Below are positions 1 through 12,133 of a stretch of DNA of 64,000 nt, in pieces. Source of the DNA: Raillietiella orientalis (taxonomy: Eukaryota); NCBI GenBank assembly GCA_036172245.1, contig JAYWIR010000001.1, positions 11,966,001 to 12,030,000 on the forward strand, given 5' to 3'. The notes under the pieces were generated by a model that ran no database searches, had not been told where the DNA came from, and was given only the letters and a program-made list of their open reading frames with translations. Both the position numbers and the translations under genes were made by a program. Positions within the stretch are counted from its first letter, which is position 1; every line of letters begins with the position of its first letter.

Positions 1-1009
1 CTCTCAACCGCCAACGGACCTCCTGGTCCATGGCTTGAGCCTGAGGCAGGACGAGGATGGTCTCGGGGTCGTAAACGTCGTCCACGCGGACAGCCCGGGC
101 GAACCCGCTCGGGGACGGCAGGCTGAGGGGTCGATGATGCAAGCGAACTACCAGGACATCAACCGGATGGGGGTGGAGAGCAGATCATCGATCTGCTGAG
201 AAAGACCAGGGTCAGCACCAGAAGGCGCGCCCACTGCCGTGAGCCGGCCCGACCTCACTCCATCCCGGGAGGCTCCTCGCCCCTACCCTTCCCGCTCTTC
301 CCGGAAGCGAGGACGGGATGCAAGATTAGCGGCTGTTTTCCCACGGACCGCAGCACCGAAGAGTTCCGAGCCGATTTCGCGGTTCTGCGGAGAAGTAGAG
401 CCCTGGGGCTCCGGTCGCAGCTGCGAGCGCCGCCACCAGGGCGCACTCCCTCCACGACGCGCATGAGGCCGAGTTTGCCGGAAGTAGACGGATGACTTCC
501 TCCTCCGCCTTCCTCACAGTGGTTTAGCTACGGACGCGGACCGCATCCGATTGGTCCGTTCTTGCGTGGAGCGGCGGCGCCCTGCCCTCGATCTGGTCCT
601 TCAGAACCCGCCGAGGGGATCTCGCAGGTCAGCCCGCAGCATGGCCCCCTGCTCAGCGCAACCGTAGCCTCCACCTGGCTCTTCGCCATGTGCGTTTGCG
701 CAGCTCTTCCTCAAAGGCGCAGGCGGGTGACCCTGACGAAGGGAGCTTACGCGGCTTGCATCATTTGTGTGCCTTGGAGACATGTGGACCCCCCTGGTTT
801 CCGCTCCCCGCAGCTGAGGTATCCCAAACGGCCAGCTGCCTGGTTGATTCTGCACGCCGGTCGGCGCTCGTTCCTCCGCAACCATCGTTCGGAGGGAAGG
901 GAAACTTTTCTGCAACTGCCCCAACTTGTCTGGCGGTGCTCTCCAGCATATGTGCAACACAAACACCCCCGGTGTGCTGACCGAAGCGACCTCATCCCGC
1001 TGACCAACA

Positions 1010-1765
1010 GGAAAAACACTCGTCTTCTTTTTGGTTCGCCAAGTTCTGAAGAACCGCTCGCCTCCTTGGGGGGGGGGCACTCACGACGCTCCTTGACCCC
1101 GTCCACGCCGCCCGAGGGCGCGTGCCACTCTTCCAGCTATGGGGAGGAAGAACCCCGGAGGGGCCTCATCCTGTGGATCCAGGTAAGGCTCGGAGTCCGT
1201 TCCTCTCGCGATTGGGAGGGGAACCATCGCCCTGGTTGTCTCTGAAGGGAACCTCGGTGAGAACCTCTTCCTTATTCTCATCAGAGGGATCCCCCGGAAG
1301 GGATCCGCTCCTGAATTTCTTTCTCGGAGGACACCTGCAAGGGTGCCTCTCCCTGTTTCCTCCTCTACAGAGAACCCCGAAGGGACTCTTTCCAATTTTC
1401 TCTGGAGGGCTCTCCCGGAAGGGAGCAGCGCGCTTACGCTCTGGGAAGGCGACTCCCAAGTGGGGTATCAACCAGCCCCATGGGGTACGGCTCCATCTTC
1501 ACCACTGGAGGGATAACCCCGGCACTCCTTGGTTTCTGGAAGCACCTCGGAGGGTCCACTTCCAATCCTGGACACTCATCGGGGGCACCCGGTCTCCTGC
1601 TTGCTCCAGAGTTGCATCCAAATAGACCTTCCAGCGTCATCATGCGGGGAGCACTGGAAATCCACGACGCACCCCCATTTCTCGGCGTCGATCCTCCACG
1701 TGGGGGTTCGAATCCGCAACGCTTGGTGCCACATACGCCATTTTGCAATCTTTTCAATGTCTTCC
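1010..1765 (-). mobile_element. tRNA-headed SINE-like element, copy 1 (diverged)
   Basis: Shares blocks with 19164-20249 (TTTTGGTTCGCCAAG..., ATCCAGG.A.GGCTCGGAGTCCGTTCCTCTC, hairpin array, GGTGCCAC). B-box-like GCGGATTCGAACCCC on the minus strand near 1703-1717. Confidence 0.7.
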
Positions 1766-1789
1766 CATAACTGGAGTGTGTTCAGTAAC

Positions 1790-2450
1790 TATCAGAAAGA
1801 ACGCTTCTTCAACGGGGGAGATGCCCATGGTCTCCTCCATCGGTCAGCTTCTGCGGAGACGCTACCATTCAGAGGCTGCTCAGCCGTGCCCACCTCGCGC
1901 GGATTGGGTGACCAGGCGCAGATGCCGCCAGGCAGTCGTCCCGAGCGGTGGATCCAGCAAACCTCGCGGCTATGGTGGGCAATCGATGCGACCATCAGAG
2001 GTACTTCGGTTCTTCAGCACGCGATGGGGAGAGCGGACTTCGACATCCTTCCGGAGCGCATCATTCTGGGAACGAGCCAACGATGAAGGCATGTACCTTC
2101 TCCACCCTTTTGACATGGTCGGTAGGCAACGTGTCCGTTCCATCCCGGTGCAGGTAGCTCCACGTGGCTCTTCCTCCCTCCCCCCTCCTGCGGGCAGGAA
2201 ACGTCCAGCTCTGCTGCCCTGCTGCCTTTTGGCAATGGAAGATTGGGACTCAGGAAAGAATCTACAACCAAGACATTCTGGTTTGCCGACAGCTATTCTT
2301 TTTGCTCCGACTGTCGAAGCTGCATCCTTCGTCCGGTTCTCAGCTGCTTCTCGCTGCAATGTGTGCAGGCGAGAATGCTCCACGTAGCGAAGAGCAGGAT
2401 CTCTCCTTGTGCAGCTCATCTCCCGCAAGAGCGGTCTTCTGTTCTTCGGG
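1790..2450 (-). mobile_element. Degenerate non-LTR retrotransposon ORF2 fragment (post-RT region)
   Basis: Broken frames read YL....LP...VKRVEK...F and ...LPTIAARFA, loosely like the L1 post-RT region. Contains stops and frameshifts. Confidence 0.3.
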
Positions 2451-2559
2451 TCTTCATTCCTCGTGTCGGTAGTGGTAAATCAAGGCTGGCAGTGTGAACG
2501 GACCTGCGGGTGCCAAATCTCGGGATCTCCTGGAGTGAGGAGTTTTCGCCTGGGTTCGG

Positions 2560-3950
2560 CGGGGCGTTTACTCAAAACAAAATTAACATTTACAATTTTT
2601 GTGGTTGGACTGGTGGTCCAGCCACGTCCTTTCTGTAGATACCCTGCCGTGTTACCGGTTCGCGGACCGGTTAGCTTCAGCAAGGCAGCGGAGGGGAGGG
2701 TCCAAACAAAAGGAAAGAGAAACAAAACAAAAATGGAGCAATTTTGGGGGAATCACAAAATCACAACCTGCTGGGGTGGTCCCCTGCATCTTTTGGAGGA
2801 CACCGGCAAGGTCTTTTTTCATGGAGATATGCAGGTGGGGCCATCTGGTCGCTATCCGCAGAAAGCGAAGAGCGAAGTGGATGGCGTTCCTATCGTTGGC
2901 CCGTCGGCTGGCGTCGTTCCACGCCGCCACGATCCCACGGAGGCAGCACAGTGCCGCTAGGGAGGCGGCCGGTGTGAGACGTTGTTGCGCAGGAAGAGGA
3001 GCTGTACAACGTCTCTGAAGATGCCACAGGGGGTTTCAGGGGTCTAGACAAAGCGTCCCCAAAGGCGCCGGAGGGCAGCAGAGTCCACTAGGAGGTGCGG
3101 GAGAGATTCCCGCTCCACGCACCTTCGGATCCACCTCTCGCCCCCGTGACCAATGATGGGAGCGGATGTTGCACGGGAGACCCCAGTGCAACAGCATCGA
3201 CGCCGACTCCCGCCACTTTAAGGGAAGAATGCGGGTGTTCGTGAGCACCAAGGGTCGCTGCGGATCTTCCTCCGGAATACCCAGTAGCACGCCCGGGCGC
3301 TAAGGTCCACGAGGTCGAGCATTCGGGGTCACAGAGTCGGGGAACTGGCCTGTCGTCCACTCGCTCAGTCATTTTCTGCTTCCGCGGATTTCCACAGTAA
3401 GCTCCCATCTAGCCTCAAGTCTTCTGCCCATGGGTTCCCTCGAGGAGAGCAGCGCTGCAGCGAGAGAAGTGCTTCCTGCCCACGCCCTTTTTCCCGGATC
3501 CTCCAGGATCTCTCGGAGCTGCATCGGTTGTTGCGCACGAACAGGAGCCGGAGTACCTTTTCCGTGCGTTGCTCCTGGCTCCTCGCCCACGTGAGAACGG
3601 TTTCCTGCAACCAAGCACTACCTGGCGCGAGGAGGAAACCTGGTGCGCGACTTACCCCTTTCGAAAAGGCTTCGCTAGCGCCAGCTCGAAGAACGGCGGA
3701 CAACTCATTTTGCATCTTCCGAACGAGATCGCACATCCACACGGACGGCGGGGAGCCTCATCCGTCGAAAAGCCCTCGCGTGAAACAGTTGCTGCGGTTG
3801 GGCGGTCAAGTGTCGAATGCGCCCTACCGAGGTGGTCAGTGGCGAAGTGGGTGGGAGTCACCTGGAACGTGTGGCGTAAAAAGACGATCCCTTTCCCGGA
3901 GACCTGCAGGCGGGTGCGTGGCGGTGGTGTGACTGAAGGATGCGGGATCG
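2560..3950 (-). mobile_element. L1/Tx1-like retrotransposon 3' portion, copy A (decayed ORF2 C-terminus plus 3' UTR)
   Basis: Minus frames give LPLKWRESASMLLHWGLPCN and MAAWNDASRRANDRNAIHFALRF, homologous to copies at 13.0-14.9, 16.2-16.8 and 17.8-19.0 kb. The 13.0-14.9 kb copy carries an RT domain. Confidence 0.75.
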
Positions 3951-6040
3951 CCCTCTTTCTGCCCGGAACGTGGCTGGCCACTCTCGTGGCCAAACCAACT
4001 TCATGGAAAGCTTCGTTCCATTGTTATGTCTCGGGGATCAATCATCCTGGCTGGGGTCCTTTGGAGACGCTTCGGGAGTCGACCACAGGAGACCACCTGC
4101 TAACGAGGAAGCCTTGGGAAATTCCAGAGGGGAAACGATTCGAAAGTTCCACCTTTCTATTGTCCAGGTGCATTGCTGATTGTGTCGGTCGAATTGCAAA
4201 AAATCAAACGGATCAACAGGGCGAAGAGTCGCGTAGAATCCTGGATGAGCTGGCAAGCAGCCAGCTCTGCCTTTCCAGAGAGGTCTCTGTCAGAGGAGGG
4301 GCAGGGTTGCCAAATGAGGAAAAAGAAAAAATATACGCCTGTCTTTGTGTGGCGGGAGGAGATCAAGGGAGCACCGGGGTCACATCGGTGTTCCTCCGAG
4401 GTCTTCTGCATCCCGTGACGAGTGCTGGGGCGAGCTCCATCTTCAAATCCACAAGCTGGGATCATCTCGCTGCACACCCTCAGGGAAACCGCCGCTCCCA
4501 TCTCGTTGCGTCCTATTCCGGTCGAGCTTCGTGCCGGGAATTCCTCGTCGTGGGCAGACGCAAAGAGCACGTTCCAGAGAAACGACGTCTGGCATTCGCG
4601 CGTTCCCCGTTATCCGACAAACAAGACCTCCCTTCCTCGAAAGGAAGGACTTCCCTTCTTCCTCCCGCGCACCGCAGTCCGCTGAAACGGCCCGCCTCGT
4701 ATTCCTCCTCCTCACGCGCACGTCACGTGAGTGCTCAGCAAGGCTGCTGGATCGGCACACCTTTCAGGCAGAGGTCTCCACATTTGCAAAGAGAACGAGA
4801 CCTTCGTCCACAGTGAAGCCAAATCCCCGTGAGTGGACCACCACGTGCCTCCCCCCTCGTGGATTCCGAATCTTCGAAGGTTCTCCCTAGGTACCACGCC
4901 CGTATCTGTTCTGTCGAAGAATTCTCTTTTTTCTCTTTGTGTCTGCGCGTTCCTTGCACCTCACCGCGTTCATGAGAAATGCACCTGGAGGAGGACTTCA
5001 GCATCTTTTCGTGGAAACGTGGACTCAGGAGAGCCCCATGAGAACTGAAGGTCTCCTCACAGAAAGAATATCCGAAGAGGCCCCGGGGACACATTTTAGA
5101 GCTCTTGTGCTCATGCTCTCATTTCTGCTTGTCCTACGGTCAAACAGCACTGGTCATCGGATAACAGATACAGGAGGGTGCTTCAGGGAGCGACGAAGCG
5201 TACTGGGGGCTGCCTCACCGAGAAAATGGTGCCATGACGAACGTTTAAGGATCACCAACCGGTGCTCCTGTTGGCAGCTGAGATACAGACAGACTCGAAA
5301 AGAGCTCCAGCTTGCGGAAGTCGCCAAGCATCACATGTCGCGCTGCACGAGGGGTGCTTGAGATCGGACGGCAGAGCTCTGAACACCACAGACGAAGAAC
5401 GCCCTGCTTCTGTTCCACCGCACGGAAGCTGCCGAATGGCCGGCCCTCTCGCTCGGCATCCTCTCCCCAGAGATTCTGAAACAAAGAAGTGGGCGCCCTG
5501 GCGTGCTTGCGAATCGATCGTCTGTTCCACGAAGGAAGAGGGAGGGCGGTTCGTCTGCTCGAATCCGATCCGAAAGGAGGAGGGCCAACGGTATGCTCTC
5601 ACGAATGCGGAAGAGAGGAAAACGGAAGCTGCGACCGGGTGGAGAAAAGCCCTTTTCTTCTTGGTGGTTAGACGACGGAAGATGGGGAGAACAATGCATT
5701 CGACAGGAAGGACGCACGGATTTTCGGTTTTCACGATGAGAGGTCAAGTCAGTCGGCGAACGCGAGGAGACGGAACAGCGGCGAACCTCACTGGATGTCC
5801 TCGCTAACCTGTGCAACTCTTCCAAGGCCACGTTTCGATTTCCTTCTGTTGAACGAATCTGAGTTTTTGAGCGCGTCCATCCTCTCATAACCGCGGGTCC
5901 TTCGTCTCTTGCGACGTTTCCTGAGCCATCCATTCGAAAGTGAACCGCAGGACAGGACGCAGCGATCCCGTGTGGTTGCCTCCCCCCTTGCTGCCGCAGA
6001 GCTGTCTGCCCGCCTCTCAGCAAGGGAGAGATATCAGACG

Positions 6041-7436
6041 ACCCTGTTGACGGTAGAGCCTGCGGCTAGACAAAGAGTTTTTCCGGGACACATCATCGAC
6101 CCCGCACCCTTTCGGGAGAGACGAAGGCACGTTTCGCTTTCGAACCCCTTGACCTAGGGGTGCACGGGAGCGCCTAACGGCCGATCACGAAGACGGCAGC
6201 TGTCAGTCCTGCGGGCACCGAGAAGTGGCAATAAGAACCGGCCAGGAAAATCGACCTTTCGTGCGGAGGAAAGCGCTCGGAGCGGCAACGGGAACGATCA
6301 GGCGCAAGGCGGACCGATCCCACGTTCCAGAGAGTAGAAAGCTGCACCCTGGAGTCGTTGGAGTCACCCGAAGATAAATCGCTTTTTAGTTGTCGCTCGT
6401 CGTTCTGTTTGCTTTGTTCCTCTCAAGAAAGAAAGAAAAACAGGTCCATTCATCATCTTTTCTACCACTCCAGCCTCCACGCGTATTAAGTCATTTGCTC
6501 AGCCAAAGATTTACGGTGACAGGTGTTGCCACTCTTACGGCATTGCCTCCCATGAACGCCGCGATTTCGAGATTCGGATGGAGGCGCTGCGAGCATTTTG
6601 TGTGCGCAGCACGGCGACGAGCGACTGCTCTTCCTGGAGCACACTTGACAGCTCCTGGTCGGAGAACAGGTGCAGGCGCCTGTGCCGCGGAATGTCGCAG
6701 GAGTCTGGATGCTCGTGGGAGGCTTCGAAAGGTGGCTTCTCTCGAGGGCGGCCCGCGCGCCACTCGCGCCACTTGAAAGTCGCGCGATCAGGGTCTCCCG
6801 TTGGCGTCCCTGAGCGCGTATAGGCTGACTGGAAAAAGACGCGACGGAGGGGTCCGAGAGGAGTTGCCGATGTGTGTCGTTCAAGGAGTACTGGGTGTGG
6901 TCAGTGAAGGAGATTCCGGGAAGGAGCTGGTGCGGCTTATGCAGTGGGATGCTGTTTTTCTCGGTTCGCTCCTGCGAAGGCTTCTGTGTGTCCCGTAGCG
7001 TGTTGCTAGGCGGAATCTCTGGAGAGGGAATGCCGAGCGAGAGGGTCGGCAATTGGGCCCTGCCGCAGTCCAAAACCAGGTGCGGGATCGATTCGGTCGT
7101 CTCGCAACTGGTACGGCTCGTGCATGAAGCTGCCTCGGAAACGAGGTGGTTGTTCTGGAAACCCCAGTGCAGAAATAGCAGCACTTTGTGTTTGCAACAT
7201 AGCGAGGACACGGAAGTGGGGCGTCCACTTCCGTGTCGCCCGTCTTCCAGCCGCACAGGAGTTCGGCGGCTCCTGCGATTGCCCAACCGTTGATCGGTCT
7301 TCAGCGCTCCCGTGCACCTCTAGGTCACGGAGTTCGAAAGCGAAACGTCCCTCCGTCTCTTCCGAAAGGGTGCGGAGCCGATGATCCGTCCCGGAAAAAC
7401 TCTTTGTCTAGCCTAAGGCAGTACCGCCAACAGGGG
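6041..7436. repeat. Diverged ~146-bp inverted repeat pair (6041-6187 and 7291-7436)
   Basis: GGCTAGACAAAGAGTTTTTCCGGGAC...CCGCACCCTTTCGG...CGTTTCGCTTTCGAAC...TGACCTAG.GGTGCACGGGAGCGC on plus at 6041-6187 recurs as the reverse complement at 7291-7436, about 80% identical by eye. Confidence 0.85.
6900..7240 (-). mobile_element. L1-like ORF2 C-terminal CCHC (zf-RVT-like) fragment
   Basis: VLLFLHWGFQNN...CTSRTSCETTESIPHLVLDC matches the LLHWG...CxxC...ES..HLL.DC motif of the other copies. Confidence 0.6.
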
Positions 7437-9693
7437 TTTGCCGGTGCTTGCACGGGACAACCGGGCATTGATGCCATCCTTGACACCTGTTCGCTGGTCG
7501 CCGGCCGAAGGAGTACGGAGACCACCAGCGTGGGCTTTGCCAATTCCCTGGATCATCTAGGATGCGTGAGCAGAATGCCCGAAACAGGGAGGGATCGCTA
7601 CAGGGGACACTCGTTTCCAGGTCGGCTTCTAAAAGGCTCCCAATCTCCATGCGGTCTCTCCGCAGGGTTTGTTGCGAGGAGGACTGCTGAGGAGAAGGAA
7701 GATTTTAGAGAAAGAAAAAGATGGCGCCGACTGCGCTGCGCTGCTGATATTCCGTCTTTTTGTGTGCGTGTCTCCCAGGCAACCAGCGTGCGGATGTGTC
7801 GCGTCATGCGAGCGAATCTCGTGGTGATTCGAGGGGTGATGGGTCGCATACCGGATGGCCAGAGTGACGACGTCCATGCCCTTGCTTGCCCGAGTTCCAC
7901 GGAAGGGACGTCGAGGATTCGAGCGTCTCACGCAGCGCACGCGTAAGCGGAGGACGTCCAGCAGTTTGGGTGCAACCGTTCCTGAGTTTCCAGCTTCCAT
8001 CGCAAGCGCAGACTCCTCGGAATCCACCCTCGCCTCTTGCGGCTCCCTCTTTTCCCTGTCTTCCACGGGAGAATCTTTCCCTGGTTGGTTGCGGACTGCG
8101 GATACGTCTTCCTCTGCGCTGCTTGCAGGTTTCCCAGCAGGCGTGTTGCCGCGAAGCCTTGTCCTTGCACCGGGGGTTTCCTGTGCAACCAGCGCCGACA
8201 CTTCGCTTCCATGAGCTGGGCAGTTGCGTGCTCGGGGTGCTCCAGGTGCGGAACGATTGATTCGATGCCGAACGTCTTGATGGGCTGCGGCGGCCACCAA
8301 GAACTGTGACGGAGGCTGTCTTCAACAGTCCTGCACCCCGAGGACGCCGTCAAGGACCTGCTGCGGCGATTCTTCTCGCGAGGAGGACTCTTTGCTGGAG
8401 CGGCGATGTCGACGGTGGACGGCTGCATCCCGCCAGGCGTTGGACACTCGGGAGGGGATGGGAGATCAGATGCCGCCTGCAGGAGGACCGTCTTCATCTG
8501 GAGGAGGAAGTCGTACCGGAAATGGGAGGGACCGGGCGCCGATGATGAGCAAGAAGGAACAGTTCCTTCCAAGGACCCACTGTCCCCATGATCTCTTCAT
8601 TTCTTTCTTTGCCTCTTCCCCTTCCCTTCTCGTTTGGCAACCGCCCCTAGTGTTGATGAAGTCCCCTCGCGGACGTCTCCTCGCTGCTTTTGTCTCGGGA
8701 GTTGCGTTCTCGGTGACCTCGTTTGCCTTCGATTTTACTTGTTTCCCGAAGGAACGCCCGGAGTGACCACGTGATAAACGAAATCTTTGAGAGGCTTCGC
8801 CGTGCTCCTGGAGTTGTCTGGAAGGACAGTACAGCTGCTTTGTCGACGGGTGGCAGTTTGAGGTTTGAGCCGCTGTTCCCAGCCGTGCGGAAATGTTCTG
8901 AAGGAGTCGATTTCTTTTCGTGGGGAGAAACAGCTCTGTAATGTGTGACATGCAGATGGTGGAATGCTCGGTCACGACGAGTCGTTTATTTAATAAATAA
9001 ACCACAAGTCGGAGGGGAATAGCGTCCCCCGAATACAAGAGATGCCAGAAAAGAAGAAGAAAAAAGAGCTTTGTGGATGACCACCGGCGTGCAGGCAAGC
9101 CAGTGCTGATTACCAGACCTCGAATTGTTGCAGTTCCATTTCTTTTACGGAATTCGTCGTATTGGCATGCTTGCCCCCCTACCCCCCATCCCTAACGATT
9201 CTAGGAGGGCCTCCCTTGGCAGCCTAGGCACTCTGCCGCTGTTCTTTAGAGGCAACCTCTTTTGGTGGTTGTCCTTTGGCCGCTACTGCACACGCCGAAC
9301 TCTGATAACCACACGGAGGCTTCCGGATGCCTCTCGGCCAATCTTTCGAAGCGCGTAGTTGGTTTCAATGTTCTCCCTTACGCTGGCTCCAGGCTGCCAA
9401 AAGCTGCTTGCGCTTTCCTTGCATTGCTCTGCGCGTGGCGCTTACCCCAAAGCCATTAAAAAGTAATATTCCGAATTTTACTGCAAAAAGACGGCTGCCG
9501 TAATCGATGTTACATAACAACTTTTTTTTCTTCCTTCGACGGAGACCGTGCAGTTGCGTCGGAGATAAAAGGGCAGCCTCCGGGGGTCCTCTGCACCATT
9601 CCTTGTCTCTCAGACTGAAGGAAACGGTTTGTAAGAGACCTCCGCCCTCCAGGATCGAGAAAATCCCCCAATCGGGAAGCCTGTGGTTGACAG

Positions 9694-12133
9694 ATGCCGA
9701 CTTCGAGGACGTTTCTGTTCCCCCTGCTCGCAGCGGGACTTCTTTGCCTTCACCGGTAGGATGTGCGGGGCGATCCCGCAGATTCCCTAATTTGTTTGCT
9801 CTGTGCAGAACTGAAGCGGACCCCAACGATGCTGGAAAATTGTCCGGGCAAGAGAAGCTGAGTCTGAGTTTGAACGGCAAGGTAGGTCACTGCTCCAGGC
9901 CTTCCTCACGCTATGGATTCAGGGCTTCTACGTGATGGATGTGACCGCGGGCACTCCGCCCCAGACCCTGCAGCTGACCCTGGACACTCACGAAAACGCG
10001 ACGATTGTGGCGGACTCGCAATGCAAGCAGGAACTCTGCCGTGGGTTTTCCCGGACCGCGGCTCCTTGCCTTCTCGAACGTTCCTCTCTCTACCAGGGGC
10101 CGTTCAGAGATTCAGCAGCTTCCGTTCAACCAGCTGGAGTGGAAAGACGAGAATTTCGAGGAATCTTTTTTCAACGGTGGCAGTAGTCGATCAGGCGTAC
10201 GACCTTGCGGTAGGTGAATCTTTTACGAAAGGTGCGACGCAGTGCTGCCATCTTCTTGGAATTCGCGCACCGCCTCCAGGATGAACCAAAGAACAAATCT
10301 TCTAACATCAGCTAACCCAAAGGACCCTCCGTGGCATTCACGAAAGTGTATCGCAGCGGTTGCTATGCCGCCGAGGACGTTTGCCGCGTTTCTGTCGAGA
10401 TGGTCCTTCCGTTTGCGCGATGTCCCACAAGCCAACCTTAGCTCGCGTTCTCGCCGCTTCCCTCCTTGTTTCCAGAAAGAACGTCACGAAGGTCTTTCGA
10501 AAAGCTTTGTCTTCCTCCTTTCCTACTTCGGTCTGACCGAATGCAAGGAGCCATTCGAGAACGCTTTTCTTTCGCCTTGAGGCTTGCAAAATGAAAGCAA
10601 AGGGAGGGGGACGAGGACAACACAGGCTGCGAGCTGCAAATTTCCAGACGCCCAAACAAGAGGGAAGGCTCATCTATATCGGACCCAACAACCGAACGAT
10701 GCAGAGCATCTTTTCGCTGAGACGCTCTAGCTCTTTCTTGATACACGTTGTGCACCTCGGCAGCTACTCCATATCGAGAACGAACCTGGAAGACTTTGCC
10801 AAACACGTGAGACTGGGCGCATTTCGGATGAGGTTCTCTTTCGACGGGTAAGGCGATGGACGGTTGGGCACATGCGCACCCCTTTGGGCGCTCAGGAAAT
10901 CCGGAGGGACTCTGGACGTGGACTTCGACAAGATGACGGGCAGCGGAAGCGCCCCCGAGAACGGCATTGACATCGGGCTGGAGACGGGACCCGATTACGC
11001 CATCGAGTTGTACAGGTAGGAGCGCTTCCCAGGTTTTGCCTCCCCCTCCCTGCAACACACTGCGAGGGTGAGCTCTGGGCCTCGTTCTCTAAATATTTCC
11101 GAGAGCTCCCTCCAGCATGCGAGGTTTCTGCTTCCTTCGCTTTCGATCCAAAAAGCGCGGAGGCCTATCTCCGGCAGCGTAAGCAGAATCCAAACCTCCG
11201 GCGGTCGAAACGCTTGAAGATGCTTTCTGAGTCGCCTTTGGTAGGCTGCGGATCCTCCAGAGCGGCAACGAAATTTTGAAGGAGAGGAATCTGTACGCAC
11301 CCTTGCGTATGAACAAATTCCTCAGCACCGCTCCTAAGTCTTTCACCGAGAGGCTGGCGAAGCTGGTTGACGCTTCTCCCAGTGGGGGATTTTACAAGGT
11401 CGGTTTCCTCACGAGCAATAGAGGACAAGCGAAGGACGTCTTTCCAGTTCAAGTGCAACGCGAATTCCGGGTACAAGCCCACCGTAGAAATCTCGTTCAG
11501 CCTGATGAAAAGCTTCACCCTTCATTATGACGACTACCACTTCAAGGTAGGTGAACAGCCTGACCCTCCGCTTGCGACCTCCTCGTGGGAAAATTTCAAT
11601 GCCGAATCGCTTAGGCTGTGGCGGGATCTTTCCGAAGAACCCCTCGTGTCTCACGCTTCTTCCATCGCCTTGCGCTGCAGCCATGGTAGCGTACTCAACT
11701 GCCATCTTGAGAGGTTGAGAAGCAGAGCATGGATGACTAGGCTGGTCTCATTTCTTCGTAAATGTCGCTTTCGAGTTCACCTCGTCCTCCGAACTTCACG
11801 TGTCTCTCAGCTGAGCTTCTCAAGGTCGCATTTTCCTCGGGGCGAACCGAAGCTATGGGAGCTTTTGCATCTTCATGCTCGCCTTCAGTCTCCGTCTTCT
11901 TGGGTCAAATCTGCCAGAAACCCCTGTCCCTTCCAAGAATTCTTCTGCCTGCAGAGAGTGCCGGTCACGTTCGTATCTTTTTGCAGATAAACAACGATTG
12001 CTACCTCATATTCGTCTCCTCATCCATGAATACTCTCGAGCTGTCTACGAGGATGTTGGAAAAAGTGATCACAACAATTGACGTCTTGAAAGGAGAGATA
12101 CGTTTCGAGATCAAGGAGCAAACAAAGGCATGA
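9694..12133 (+). CDS. Secreted pepsin-family (peptidase A1 fold) protein, predicted catalytically inactive; 9 exons, 361 aa
   Basis: Exons 9694-9755, 9809-9881, 9923-10040, 10097-10209, 10648-10847, 10896-11015, 11245-11398, 11448-11546, 11987-12133. All introns GT-AG, total 1086 nt open. Signal peptide MPTSRTFLFPLLAAGLLCLHRTEA. Segments GFYVMDVTAGTPPQTLQLTLDT, CKQELC, FSSFRSTSW, SGGTL, FKC...KPTVEISF...FTLHYDDY and NDCYL...VITTIDVLKGEIRF are collinear with pepsin/BACE. Confidence 0.85.

Noticed and set aside
1-520. Possible L1 ORF1 (gag-like) remnant on the minus strand
   Set aside because: Only a vague resemblance, with no zinc knuckle or other diagnostic motif visible.
733-760. Hammerhead ribozyme cores (CTGANGA occurrences here and elsewhere)
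   Set aside because: The occurrences inspected lack a stem II followed by GAAA in the required geometry.
1238-1432. CRISPR-like array interpretation of the ~40-nt periodic repeats
   Set aside because: The units are degenerate with no unique spacers, no cas genes are present, the context is eukaryotic and the array is internal to a dispersed repeat.
1695-1745. tRNA gene suggested by GGTTCGAATCC on the plus strand
   Set aside because: No cloverleaf forms. Comparison with copies 3 and 4 shows it is the near-palindromic B box of a minus-strand SINE head.
3569-4816. 415-aa plus-strand ORF and the many other overlapping ORFs in 0.2-9 kb and 30-35 kb
   Set aside because: They have non-ATG or arbitrary starts, Arg/Ser/Pro-rich composition typical of GC-rich noncoding DNA and no motifs, and some are antisense to L1 remnants.
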